64,000 nucleotides of DNA. Origin: Schmidtea polychroa. Taxonomy: Eukaryota. The notes beneath the pieces were generated by a model, which saw only the letters and a list, made by a program, of their open reading frames with translations, was not told the DNA's origin and searched no databases. This document shows, in pieces, positions 36,227-47,486 of this stretch. The DNA is taken from contig CM097885.1 in assembly GCA_044892525.1 (NCBI GenBank), positions 200,260,001-200,324,000 of the forward strand. Reading direction: 5' to 3'. A program made the translations under genes and the position numbers. Each line of letters begins with the position of its first letter. Position 1 is the first letter of the stretch.

Positions 36227-37726
36227 TATAATAATATTACATTTTCTATAATTTAAGTCATAATTATTTACCTTTTAAATTGGAATCATATTTTCAAATT
36301 TCATCAACTTTTGTAGTTAATTATAATATCTTTCATTTTTTTTATCCTTTTAATCGACATTTCACAACGCACCCATCAAATGAATTGAATTCTTTTTTTA
36401 CTTATTTACAAAGAATAAAATTCCCATATTTCCGTGTTAGTTGTATTCACATAGTAATCCTAAACAAATAGATAGATAAAATGATTCAAGGACGATCCCT
36501 CTTCTTTTTTGCGTAACCCCTTCCACTTGTATTATTATTGTTTTGTTTTAATAGATTATTTCGTTATATATTTTAATAACTTTTTTGAACAGTCGATTAC
36601 GTCATACTTGAAATTAATTTCTTGTTTCAATGGTTTATTATTTCATAGGAATTTTAATTTTTGTTTAAATGAAATGGTTACAATTTTTGAAAATTGCAAT
36701 TTTCATATAGTTTTGAATAACTTTAGCTACTTTCACTCTAACAATGTATATGTTGAGTTTGATGGTTTAACCAACTTGATATCTTATATAATTAATAACA
36801 GACATTGATTTGAAAAGTTTTTATTTAATAATAATAATAATTGTATACTCAGAATTAAAATATCTACCTTCAATAAAATTATACAGATGTTTCGTAAATA
36901 AGGAGCAGTTCCGGAAGGCATCATTATTTAGTCAATATTTCTGCTGTCAAAATTCTTTCACCACCCTAGCATGATAAGTGCTTACTCTGTCACATGTGAA
37001 AAGGCCCTTCTTTTTCTTAATATCATCAGAAAAATAGCATCTACCAATTTATTATCGCCTCTTGTATACATTAATCTTTAGGACTTAAATTCTTATTATG
37101 CTCAATGCAATTCCTTTTGTCTTCATTAATTATAAGAAATTGAAATTTTTCCATTGCGTCTTATAGCAAAATTGAATGTGATTGAAGCTTTCGTAGACTG
37201 TAAGTAGTGTGTGTTGAGTCTTGATGGCCTACTCAACTTGATGTCTTATATAAGTAATAATGCAAACGCTGGTTTAAAAGGTTTTACTCAATAACAACAA
37301 TTATATACACTGACATAAAATATTTGACATTAATATACAGAGGTTTCGTACATCCTTTTATATTGTGTTTACTTTGCTTTGCATCCCTACTTGTGATTAC
37401 CTGAGCTAGGATATTTTATTAGTATGCTCTTATTTGTATTGCAATATCAACTACTGAATTTTCAATTCTTCTTAGATTACAATTTTGGATGCTTTGACTA
37501 AAGAAAACGTTAGATGACATAATAAATTTTTGTTATACATCATTTTAAGTGACATGGATAATTAATTGTCAATATTATTTTTTGTTCAAAATCAATTTTC
37601 TATTTTTAAAAATCCAATCAAAAGTTGCTATTTTTAGTGTCATTGCAATCTTCAACATCCCAGATGTCGGAAAATGAAAGGTCTATTACTTATACTGTTG
37701 ATTGAAAATTTTCTACCTATCTATAT

Positions 37727-38191
37727 GGGGACCTGTCAAAAGAGCTCACGACAAAAGGACGCCGACATAAGAGCGCATACATAAGAGCGCAAACTAAAGA
37801 TCGAAAAACAATATTTAATAAATAGGAACAAGAAAATTAACTCAGATCAGACAGACGGCATCGTTTGATGTTAACTATTTATTGTTTCATTGAAAAACTA
37901 ATTGTTCAGTTTCTTTAACTAAAAACTGGTCTAATCAACTGAACGTTTGCGGGCATCTTAACTATAACAGACTATCAACTGAAGTCCAATTATTCAAAAC
38001 GCAATCTAACAACACATACAAAGATTTTAAATGTTAGGCCTAAAGTGAGAATATAAAATGAAATGATATGTAACAAAATGACAGGAAGTTCAAACTAATA
38101 AAACGTTTCTTTATAGTTGCATTTATACTGCTAAGTTGTGGGCTATACCTCGTAGGTAGTCTTATGTCGGCGCTCTTTTGTCGGGGTGCCC
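37727..38191. mobile_element. MULE-like MITE
   Basis: Imperfect TIRs ggg(g/c)acc...gacaaaag..gccgacataag; flanks tatctatat / tatctat, the right one apparently cut by the LTR insertion. Confidence 0.55.
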
Positions 38192-38198
38192 TATCTAT

Positions 38199-41100
38199 TG
38201 TTGGCGTATGTGGAGAAGAAAAATAAATTATACATGCCTTTCCATCACACCTATCAAGCATCATGGCTCCGTTATACATTTTCTACACATACTCCAAATG
38301 ATTGATTGCATATTCCCACATATGAGCCCATGGTGATGTTCCATGTTGGTGCTGCTCACACGGGTCGGAAAAGGTTAGCAGGTGAGCCCCTGCCTTAGGA
38401 CTACTCCTAACCCTTTCTCAGTTCGGGTCCCACGGTGCCTTAGAAGGACTTACCCATATACATGCGTGTCACTCGGTCTGATCCTGGTCCAAAGGAACAA
38501 CCTTCAACCTTAATTATCTTCATTCCGCAGCATTATCTCATCTACTCTAATTGCACAAACAAATATATGAAAGCTCGACAAAACTAAAATCAAACAGAAA
38601 ATTTTATTGACCCTGAAACGATAAAAATATCATTACTACTAACAGATCAACAACAGTCAAAAAGATATAACATTAGCAACATTCACGAGATAATTTACAA
38701 CTCAATGAAGAGGAAATCAAGCTCAATTTTACATCACATTAAACAAAGTTATCCCCATCGGCCAGTATCTCATCTATGTCGACCGGTAATCGGCTATCTA
38801 CAATGTATTTGATGCCCTCAGCTGGAACAATGCGGAAGACTTCCTTTGAGGGGATTGAATGGGAGGACGTTATCTCTTGGATTTTTGATTTCGCCGCCGA
38901 TAAGGACGTCTCGAGTGCTGTCATCGCATCTCGGCGTTTTTGGTTCTTCTCGGCTCGAGTTGGCCGTTTCCGTTTGCGGGTAGTCGGGGGTTTTTCGGTG
39001 TTCGTGGTACCGATTGGTGCTACCAAGATTGGAGCTACGATGGGATCAGTAGGTCCACCTATCTTTGGCTGGTGACATGACAACACCGGGGGTGGAATGG
39101 GCGGCAGTTGTGAGCCGTGCCCCTGGCAGTGCGAGCCGGAAGATGTAGGAGACGGGTGGTGACGAGGAAAGACATTCGTCCCATCCAGAACGGGGAATTC
39201 TCGCACCCGCTTAGCCAATTCTGCCTCCGTATATACCTTATGGAGGGCTTCTGACTGTGCTTTGATGGTGAGCCGCTGACAACGGCTTTCCTCTAGCAGG
39301 CTGTCCCTGCAATGCTCTAATCGGAGAATTTTCTTGCGTTCCTCTTTCATTTGTGGCGGGGAGAACCACGTTCCTTCATAGAGATCAATTCTCTTTTTGA
39401 GAGCCCCGATATATAAGTGGAGTTGGGCGATATCCGCGTTCTTGTCCGCACAAGAAAAACACGGGCGAAGTTCTTTGGCGTTGTTGGACGATGTAGCCAT
39501 CTAGAAAATCAATCATTGTTTATATTTACTCGAAGAAACCTCTATCAGTGTGAAGAAAAATCAAATTTTTGGGCATGGTTTTGGAGTTTGATCAAACATA
39601 CCACCCAACGATGACCCACACACTTCTTCATCCATCTCTATACGCAGTCATTCAGTTGCAAACATTCAAATCTCTTCACCTGATTCGTGTAATTTAAGAA
39701 AAGGAAACGGGGATTCGTATACCAAAAATTCTTTCTACACAAACCTCGCCCTTTGAGTTTAATTTCGGATGGGCCATTCCCAGGTAAAACCCGTCTTTTA
39801 CTTTATCCCCTTCAACCTTGTTCCCATTAGTATATTTTAATTAAGAATTTTTGCCGATATCATTATGGCAATTCGTCGAGGTAGGCCTGCCTAACATTAC
39901 AGAGAAATAATTCACGGCGACGGAATAGATTATTTATGTTTTTATCTCGTTCAAAATTATGGAATTGATCGTGTAATCAGTTGAAAATTCAGCTCTAATC
40001 TACATCTAATTAATTCCAATAACGCGTCGAAAATCGTCGTCATGGAAAACGTTTACTTGTGATTATGCATTATGATTGACTGTGTAGGTGTGTCATTACT
40101 CCTGGTGGTATCTGTAACTGTATGTTGGCTATCTCCGCGAATGATGGTTTATGCTGTTATGATAAATTATTGTATATCGAGTTGTGTAGGGGAAATCCAT
40201 CCCCTTACTTCATCCTATTATCTCGCTATTCTAGAGAAATTTATACCATCATGCCGCTATTACATCACCAAAATCGTTGATTTCCTTTTACACTGCCCTA
40301 TGCATATTTGACTGTGGTGCGTGTGTATGTGCATGCTCAAGTCGGAATATTAGCGGTTGCGTAATAGATTCCTCAAATAAGCAGCCGTAGATGAATCGAA
40401 AAATCAGATTAATCAATCTGAGTGGGCGACAACTTCATAGATTATTGGGTAAGCTCAACAATATCATCTAATTTCCTTTTACGATATTAATTCAGATCAA
40501 TGACTATCAGCTTATTCATTTGACATTTTCCCAGAAAAGTTAACATGTTATCTCCTTCTCCAGGACGTTATCAGATATCTCCTGTCGACTAACTCTACGC
40601 AGGCTAATGCAAATCAACTGATTTCGTTATCGTTGACAACTACTGTCTGCGGGCTCGAAGTAAGAATTTTGATAATTTCACTACAAGATGTTTACTTCCC
40701 TGTCAGCGAGAGATTCTTTATCACTGGCATTGGTGACTCAAGGACGACAATCAAATCGTAAGAGTACATCGACAATGGATGTAGCCGCTAACATCATGAC
40801 GGCACAAATCAGACAGAACCTTGCAAACGCAGAGCGTCACCGAAAAATCGTTGGATTTACTTGCAATCTATGGTCGACACCGTTCTTTCCTAACTACGTC
40901 GATTGACCGGCTGAATATCACGAAAAGAATTTTCCTCCTATCTATGTGGATTATCATCGAATCTGTACGAACGTCACTGCCTATCTCGCTCTGAATTGTC
41001 TGCATTCGGAATTCAAATCATCTCTACATCTACTGGAAATCTCGATTTAACTAAATGAACCGATGGTACGCTCTACAGACGATCGCGCTTGATGAAGGAA

Positions 41101-42433
41101 CGGTCATTTATTAACTGGATGTTCCACCTACTGAGTTTCTTCACCCCTCACGACACACCCAAGAAGGCATTCATTGCTGCCACCTCCTTGCACCGTCATG
41201 AGGGACCAATCAACTCTTTTCCATTCAATCAAATCAACAATATAATAATCAAACTGAATGATAGAAAATGCATAAATAAAATTTACCCGGCGACCATATC
41301 ATTTGGATCTCCGAGTATGATGTTGCTCCTCCTACATGATCGAAACCTCATCGTCTCCTTGGTGGATCTCTAATATGACAAATATCACTCTCTACAAATA
41401 TCACATTCTCTTTTCAGCATGTTCGTGATTTCTTATGCATACCAACCTTTCCACGGTGGTGTCCTCTACTGCAGTGCAATTCCAACTCGTCCACATCATA
41501 CTGGGAGCTCTCAGATGGTACAGTCGTCGGTACCATGAAGAAAGGCAACTTTTCATTTAAATAAATTTATTATAAGAAATTGTTTTATTATATTTATAAT
41601 GATTAACTAAATTAAACTAATAACCATAAATAAAACAACTGTCGAGGCATACCTTGAGTTTCGAAAACTGAAGTTAAATCGGTTGAATTTAAAATTTTTC
41701 CCGAATGGATTTGTAGTTTGGCCTCTATATATTTCTTCCTCGGTTTGGTTTGGTAATCTCTGAACTAGTTCGCTGTAGGATAATTAAAGGTTCCGAAATC
41801 TGTCAAGTCTGTAGAAAAATTTTTTAAAAGTGGTAGTATATAACGAACCGAAGTTTACCTGTAGAAAAATTTTTTAAAAGTGGTAATCTACAGATATTTT
41901 CCGTTCCTTATATATTATTTTTCGTCCAATCAGGACACGACTTGTTTGTATTTTTACTATTTATTATTATTTTTATGTTTTTTATTATAATATATTAGAT
42001 TTTAATGACTTAACTTATTTCCTATTATTATTTTATTTATTTTCTTATTTTTATTATTTTCCTCCTATTTTTCCTGTGGATTTATTGCTACTTTATTGTA
42101 ATATAATTTTTTGTTTTAATTAGACTTAAAGATAGTTTTATTTTTTATTTATTTCTTAAATTTCTCTTTTATTTGTTGTCACTTTTTTACTTATTTTATT
42201 CTATTTCATCTGCTGGGTCCTAAATCGCTTTATTTCTAAATCTCAAGGGGTTTATTGGGTTTTATTTAGTTTGTTTTACTTATTCTTATTCTCTTATTGA
42301 TATTTTATTGTTCCTTTTTGATTTATTAGCGAGAATTTGATGGTACTTTATATTTTTATTTTATTTCGTTTATTTTTCAAGGATTACTTTTCTATTCGCT
42401 CCAGTTTTCGAAACTCCACGTTTTAGCCCAACA
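38199..42433 (-). repeat. Putative 3' LTR, 4235 bp
   Basis: Bounded by TGTTGG (38199) and CCAACA (42433). TATA-like sequence near 41730, AATAAA near 41570, 27-bp direct repeats 41809-41835 / 41859-41885. The second LTR is not in the window and the PPT is non-canonical. Confidence 0.65.
38739..39500 (-). CDS. LTR-encoded hypothetical protein (CxxC, coiled coil, Pro-rich, basic NLS-like stretch)
   Basis: 253-aa ATG-initiated ORF in GC-richer sequence; CFSC, RKRKRPTRAEKNQKRR. Confidence 0.65.
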   Translation of the reverse strand: MATSSNNAKELRPCFSCADKNADIAQLHLYIGALKKRIDLYEGTWFSPPQMKEERKKILRLEHCRDSLLEESRCQRLTIKAQSEALHKVYTEAELAKRVREFPVLDGTNVFPRHHPSPTSSGSHCQGHGSQLPPIPPPVLSCHQPKIGGPTDPIVAPILVAPIGTTNTEKPPTTRKRKRPTRAEKNQKRRDAMTALETSLSAAKSKIQEITSSHSIPSKEVFRIVPAEGIKYIVDSRLPVDIDEILADGDNFV

Positions 42434-42664
42434 AATCACTCCGGGGCCCGTTAAAATTGCGCCCCGCAATTCACATAATATCATACGTTTAACTCATACC
42501 TTTTTTCGGCATAACAACTAATTTCACGGTCAACATTCACACAAACATAAAATTAAAATAACTAAATAATACTTTAATTAAACAGATAAAAGGACAAATA
42601 TAAGCAAGCAGTGGCCACTTTAGGTGACCGGATTTATACACACAAAGTTTATGAATGGTCGATG

Positions 42665-43291
42665 TCACATGATCTCAAGGTTCGGAATGTCTTGGTTGGT
42701 TGAATTCTGGGTCGGATGGCTGGTTGAAGTTGTTATCGTGGGGAGCTGGATTGTAACAGGCATTTGGTCAGGAGATAGATTTTGTTGCATTTGGTCGGGT
42801 GGGTTTGGTTGTTGAAAATGTACTGCTCGTTTATGTTTATTTTTCGATCGTGGGTTCTTTCTTTCGTGTTTCTCGGATAGTGACTGGTTTCTTCTCCATG
42901 TTCGATGAATATCATACGCTTTCCAGATGACTAGTGCGCAGATGATAAGGGTTTCACTGATGGTAGTATAGAGTAAGACTTGGCTTTCTTTTACTTCCTT
43001 CTTCATGATGATTTCCTTCAAGGATTGTTGGGTGGTTTGTTCTTGTAAGAGAATTTCGAGCTGTTCGATTTTTTGGGTTTGTAGGTGGAGTTGCATTTGA
43101 AGTTTTTGCCAGACGGCTTTGTTCCAGCATTGTTTCGGGATGTTGTTGGAGAGCTTTCTTTCGCTTTTCAGTTTGGTTAACGGGTTTTGCTGTTTCTCGG
43201 GATTCTCCCAGAATGTTGGGATTGGCTGCCACATGGGTATTCCGTTTATCGCTATCATCATTATTGTCACCAGGGTTGCTCCGAACCACAT
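42665..43291 (-). CDS. Accessory type I membrane-like protein
   Basis: Hydrophobic N-terminus MWFGATLVTIMMIAING, coiled coil, TM-like LLYTTISETLIICALVIW, basic and Q/P-rich tail. Confidence 0.7.
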   Translation of the reverse strand: MWFGATLVTIMMIAINGIPMWQPIPTFWENPEKQQNPLTKLKSERKLSNNIPKQCWNKAVWQKLQMQLHLQTQKIEQLEILLQEQTTQQSLKEIIMKKEVKESQVLLYTTISETLIICALVIWKAYDIHRTWRRNQSLSEKHERKNPRSKNKHKRAVHFQQPNPPDQMQQNLSPDQMPVTIQLPTITTSTSHPTQNSTNQDIPNLEIM

Positions 43292-43346
43292 ACTACTATA
43301 CGAAAATTTTTATTTACAATTATTTACATTGATCATTCATCTTTAA

Positions 43347-44048
43347 TTATTGCCGGGTTTTCTTTTTACGGGTTTTCTCGGATGTTCTCATCACTCTCGT
43401 TTCTGCTTTTATTACTCGTTTTCTCAATTCGGGTAGTACTTTTAATTGTTTGTCTCTTTCGTCTAACTGTTGCCTTAGGGTTATTATTTTTTCTTTTAGT
43501 GCTTTTATTTCTTGTGTTGCTCTTTCGAGGTTTTTATGGTTCATTATCTGTAGAAAATCATTTTCCCTTTCCCCGTCTTCTTCGTTGTCTATTTCCTGGT
43601 ATTTGTTGTTCATTCGTCTCATTATCTCACATTCTTTCTGTTTTTGGTGTAGTTGGAGTTGTAACTCTTTCAGGCTTTCTTGGTGTTTCCGTGCCTCGGT
43701 TTTCCAATAGTCACTAATCACTTCGTCGGCCTTTCGACTGGCCCTCTCCTGCCATAATTCTTCCGTGATCTTTTCCCAATTTCTCCCTCGCTTTCTTTGC
43801 TCGTGAAGCCATTCGTTTTCTTCCTCTACTTCTTTCTTTACTCCTTCTAACAAGATATATTCTCTTTTCAATACTTTAATCATTTTTCGATTATCTCTCC
43901 ACCTTTCAACTAATCTTTCGTTTTCCTGTCTCTCTTCTTGTAATTCTTCCTTGATAGTTTTCTTCCTCTCTACTTCATCAACTTCAATTTCTCCCTCTTC
44001 TAACTCGATTATAGATGTTATGCTGGGTTGTCCGTTTTCAGTGTTCAT
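43347..44048 (-). CDS. Accessory coiled-coil protein
   Basis: 233-aa ATG ORF, E/K/R-rich heptads, upstream TATAAGC. Confidence 0.75.
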   Translation of the reverse strand: MNTENGQPSITSIIELEEGEIEVDEVERKKTIKEELQEERQENERLVERWRDNRKMIKVLKREYILLEGVKKEVEEENEWLHEQRKRGRNWEKITEELWQERASRKADEVISDYWKTEARKHQESLKELQLQLHQKQKECEIMRRMNNKYQEIDNEEDGERENDFLQIMNHKNLERATQEIKALKEKIITLRQQLDERDKQLKVLPELRKRVIKAETRVMRTSEKTRKKKTRQ

Positions 44049-44222
44049 TTTCTATAATATATACATAATTAATAATTGCGCTACAGTGCGGCTTATACTT
44101 ATACATTTATATGTTATTTTATAATCAGGGTTACAGTCCCTTTCATACTTTTACTGTACCATTAATTTTTTTGGTTGGGATACAGGTCCCGATTTTTATA
44201 TTTTTTATCTTTCCTTTTATCT

Positions 44223-45260
44223 TTATACAAAGGTCTCTTCCTGGCCTACATATCCCTCATCGCTTTCTACTGACGTTTGTAATTGGAGTGCGATGGGATC
44301 AAATGGGATGTAGTACCGGGGAATCTGCGCTCTAAGTTCTTGCACTTCGTCTCTTAGTGCTCTTGACACGTTAAGTTCCTCGTCCAACAGGTATGTTAGA
44401 TACCTGGTTTCATCGTCTCTTACCTCTATCTGTTTTTCTAGCTCTTCCGCTTTTTCGCCGTTTTCCCATTTCTTGATCTCTATCTCCAGATTTTTAAGAT
44501 TTTCGTTATACATTTTCCTTTCGTTTTCTAACTTTTTGTTTTTCCCCGCCAGTACCATATTTCTCTGCTCCAGAGCTCCTTGGTATCCGTTGACATCTCG
44601 TTCTAGTTCTGCGACCTTATTCACCAGTTCCACGAGTCGTCCTGACTGTTGAAGTATCAGTTCTTCCATTGCGGCATTCTCGTGCTCCCTTATGGAGATT
44701 TTCATGGCTAGATGTCTTTCAAATTCCATGGCTTTGGTCTGCCATGTTTGGCTTCGGGTCGCAATCTTTCTGAGCCGTTTCAGTTCTTCTCTTATGACCA
44801 GATTTTCCTCCCATTTGCCTTGTTCGCTTTCGTATTCTAATCTCATAGGCAATTCTTTCATTTCTTTTTTCATCTCTTTGTTCTGCCGCTTCCAGTTTCG
44901 GGCTTCTGCCAATAGGTGATTCATTTTCCTTCCTTCCTTTTGTTTTTCTGCTTCTCGTTTTGTGTTTTCGTCCGTCAATCGTTTCCGTGCTTCCTGCACT
45001 AACTGTTTTAAATAGTGGCTGTGCGCTTCTTGGCGAGTGTTTTCCAATGATGCCCACTTAGAGGCTCTTTTGCATGCTTCTGCTTCGGCTCTTAAATTGT
45101 TTACTAACCACTGATATTTGTTATTCTCGTATTCCCTGGCCTCTTCGAGATGGTTGTGGGTCTGGTTCGTCAATTGTAACATTACTTTGACCCATTTTCC
45201 CTTATGGATTTTATTGACTTTGGTTTCGTGGTTTGGGGCTTCAGTTCCTTCTTGTGTCAT
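44223..45260 (-). CDS. Accessory coiled-coil protein
   Basis: 345-aa ATG ORF, long heptad repeats, upstream TATAAGC. Confidence 0.75.
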   Translation of the reverse strand: MTQEGTEAPNHETKVNKIHKGKWVKVMLQLTNQTHNHLEEAREYENNKYQWLVNNLRAEAEACKRASKWASLENTRQEAHSHYLKQLVQEARKRLTDENTKREAEKQKEGRKMNHLLAEARNWKRQNKEMKKEMKELPMRLEYESEQGKWEENLVIREELKRLRKIATRSQTWQTKAMEFERHLAMKISIREHENAAMEELILQQSGRLVELVNKVAELERDVNGYQGALEQRNMVLAGKNKKLENERKMYNENLKNLEIEIKKWENGEKAEELEKQIEVRDDETRYLTYLLDEELNVSRALRDEVQELRAQIPRYYIPFDPIALQLQTSVESDEGYVGQEETFV

Positions 45261-45480
45261 CTTTGTCTAAATAACGATATCATTAACTTAACGTTGTACG
45301 CTTATATCTGGTTTATTATTTATTTATTTTTATAATTCGTTATAGGAGTTGTTTTAGGAGTTTTTCGCTTAAGTTTACCTTTGGTAGATTTGGGGGGAAT
45401 TTTTCTACACTACTATATAATATTTTACTGGATATATACGCCGATATTTACAATTAGTATATACAAAATTATTCGTCTCT

Positions 45481-46869
45481 CTACTCAGTCCTACCCTTCC
45501 CGTCTCGCCTCACCGCTATTTTCATGTATATAGTGTCGTTTCTCGTCATGTCTTCTACTTTCCGCTGTAGGATGAAATTTGGTGCTCCAGTTGCTGGTCC
45601 TTCTTCTTCCAAGGGCCTTTGGTAACATACGAGGTTTCCCGCTGTATGGAAACTCTGTTCGTGTATACTTTGATAGTTCATCATTGCGAGGTCTATTTTT
45701 GCTTTGAATGGCCATTCTATTAACTCGTCGTATGGCCCTTTGCACATCAAGAAGAATACTGAGAAATGCGTTCCGTATGCACTTCCATCCCCATTGGGGT
45801 ATGCTTTCATTTTCATTTTATACCCGTTTTTCCATGAGTAGAATGCTGGACTTAGTAATGTTGTATCCTTTCCATTTCTCGCTCTCTGCATCTTCTCTTT
45901 TACTCCCGTTATTTTCCATATGTACGGAGCCGTAGGTATTAATTCGTTGAGGTTTAATTCGCTTACTTTTTGATGTAGTTCTTTCACCATAATGTTGCTA
46001 GTTTCTACTAGATCTGTCTGTATCTTTGTACTTGTTCTCGCCTCTTCAAATGCTTCCTTTTCTTCCAATAGTTCTTTTACCAACGCTTTTAGCGAGACTA
46101 TTTCTCTTTCTAAGTTTTCGGTTTTCCTTTCGTTTTCCTGTAATACCGTTGACCATATTTCCGCGTGTGTTGATACGTTTTCTGCTAGATGTTGGGGTAA
46201 TTCCCCTCGGTGTAATTGTTTCGGACATCCCCATTTTCCTAGCACACACGTTATCTTTTTTCTTTCACACTCTTTTAGATGTTGAGCGAGTTTTATTACT
46301 CCGGGTTTATCGCATTTGTTGGGGCATTCTCCTCTGAATTCTGCGCACACTTTCTCCTCTTGTATGTTGTGATGTTGACTGATTAGTTTCTTCCAGGTGT
46401 CGTTTTCTCCGCAATACTCGCATTTCTCTAGTCTTTCTTCGCATCGACTTTGATGTTCTGCTTCTTCATTGACTTTAATCTCTTCTTGGCAACGTTTGCA
46501 TTGACTGATTTTATACTCACATTGCTCCATATGTTGCCTCACTTCCCATATCACTCCTCGCCAATTACATGGGGTGTTTTTACATCCTAGGTTTGCATTC
46601 AACATATCTTTTACAGCTGCTTTATCTTCGTTTGTATCTCCCAAACTTGTTATCATTGTTTCTTTGCATACTGGGCACCATTGTGGTCCCTTCTTTATTA
46701 TCTCCTCTACACATTCTCTGCACATTCTGCATCCACATCTGGTTTGGTGAGGTTCTCTTAATAAGCTCTTGCATATTCCACACGTTACATGGTTGTGTAT
46801 TCGAATTGTGGTGGACTTTCTGATTTGTTCAACAATTTCTCTGAATTCTTCTCGTTGTCGCTTATCCAT
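45481..46869 (-). CDS. TRAF: TNF receptor-associated factor homolog (RING - TRAF zinc fingers - coiled coil - MATH), intronless, inside the retroelement
   Basis: CGIC...CGCRMCREC...CPVC RING; CKNTPCNW...HMEQC and CEYC zinc fingers; MATH YIWKI...SPAFYS...GYKM...YPNGDGSAYGTHFSVFF...GPYDELIEWPF. Confidence 0.93.
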   Translation of the reverse strand: MDKRQREEFREIVEQIRKSTTIRIHNHVTCGICKSLLREPHQTRCGCRMCRECVEEIIKKGPQWCPVCKETMITSLGDTNEDKAAVKDMLNANLGCKNTPCNWRGVIWEVRQHMEQCEYKISQCKRCQEEIKVNEEAEHQSRCEERLEKCEYCGENDTWKKLISQHHNIQEEKVCAEFRGECPNKCDKPGVIKLAQHLKECERKKITCVLGKWGCPKQLHRGELPQHLAENVSTHAEIWSTVLQENERKTENLEREIVSLKALVKELLEEKEAFEEARTSTKIQTDLVETSNIMVKELHQKVSELNLNELIPTAPYIWKITGVKEKMQRARNGKDTTLLSPAFYSWKNGYKMKMKAYPNGDGSAYGTHFSVFFLMCKGPYDELIEWPFKAKIDLAMMNYQSIHEQSFHTAGNLVCYQRPLEEEGPATGAPNFILQRKVEDMTRNDTIYMKIAVRRDGKGRTE

Positions 46870-46958
46870 TTCTATAATTATATGTATACATATATTCGTT
46901 ACTGGTACAGTTTCGTATTTTTATTTACATTTATTTACATTGCTATTTTAGGTTATAT

Positions 46959-47342
46959 TTATTGGCTGGAAGAGTCGGCCTCTTGTCCGCCCTCTTCCCT
47001 GTTGGTTAACCATTCTGACCAGTCTTCTATCTCCTCTCGCTCCATCTCTTCCGCGATTCTTATTAACTCCTCTTCTTGCACCTGGCTGTATCGTGATATT
47101 CGGTCTATCTCTCGCTGCATTTGTTCTATTTTCATTCGTTGGTCTTCGATTATTCTTACATAATTGAAGCCTTTATTTAAACTTTCGACTAAGCTTCTTT
47201 GTACAGCGAGTCCTTGTTCCTGTAAATTCGAAATCACTTGAGTTAACATTGCACATTGTTGTTTCCACATCTCCTCGGTTGTTGTACTGTGGTTTACTTC
47301 CTCGCCTATTCGCTCCATTCTTAATTTATATATACTTTTCAA
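46959..47342 (-). CDS. Small accessory coiled-coil protein
   Basis: 127-aa ORF (TTG start; first Met at 47318), acidic W-containing tail, upstream TATAAGC. Confidence 0.6.
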   Translation of the reverse strand: MKSIYKLRMERIGEEVNHSTTTEEMWKQQCAMLTQVISNLQEQGLAVQRSLVESLNKGFNYVRIIEDQRMKIEQMQREIDRISRYSQVQEEELIRIAEEMEREEIEDWSEWLTNREEGGQEADSSSQ

Positions 47343-47486
47343 TCCTTATCTAATTTTATTTTCATATTAATTATCCCCATCATTATATACTATTGATACC
47401 GCGCTTATATAAAAATATAGAATACTGTTATATAAATAAATATTTCCTACTTACTTTTTACAATCTATATACAGTCATAATCCTTT

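Noticed and set aside
40072-41373. Short plus-strand ORFs inside the LTR
   Set aside because: Under 100 aa with no motifs; no support for coding.
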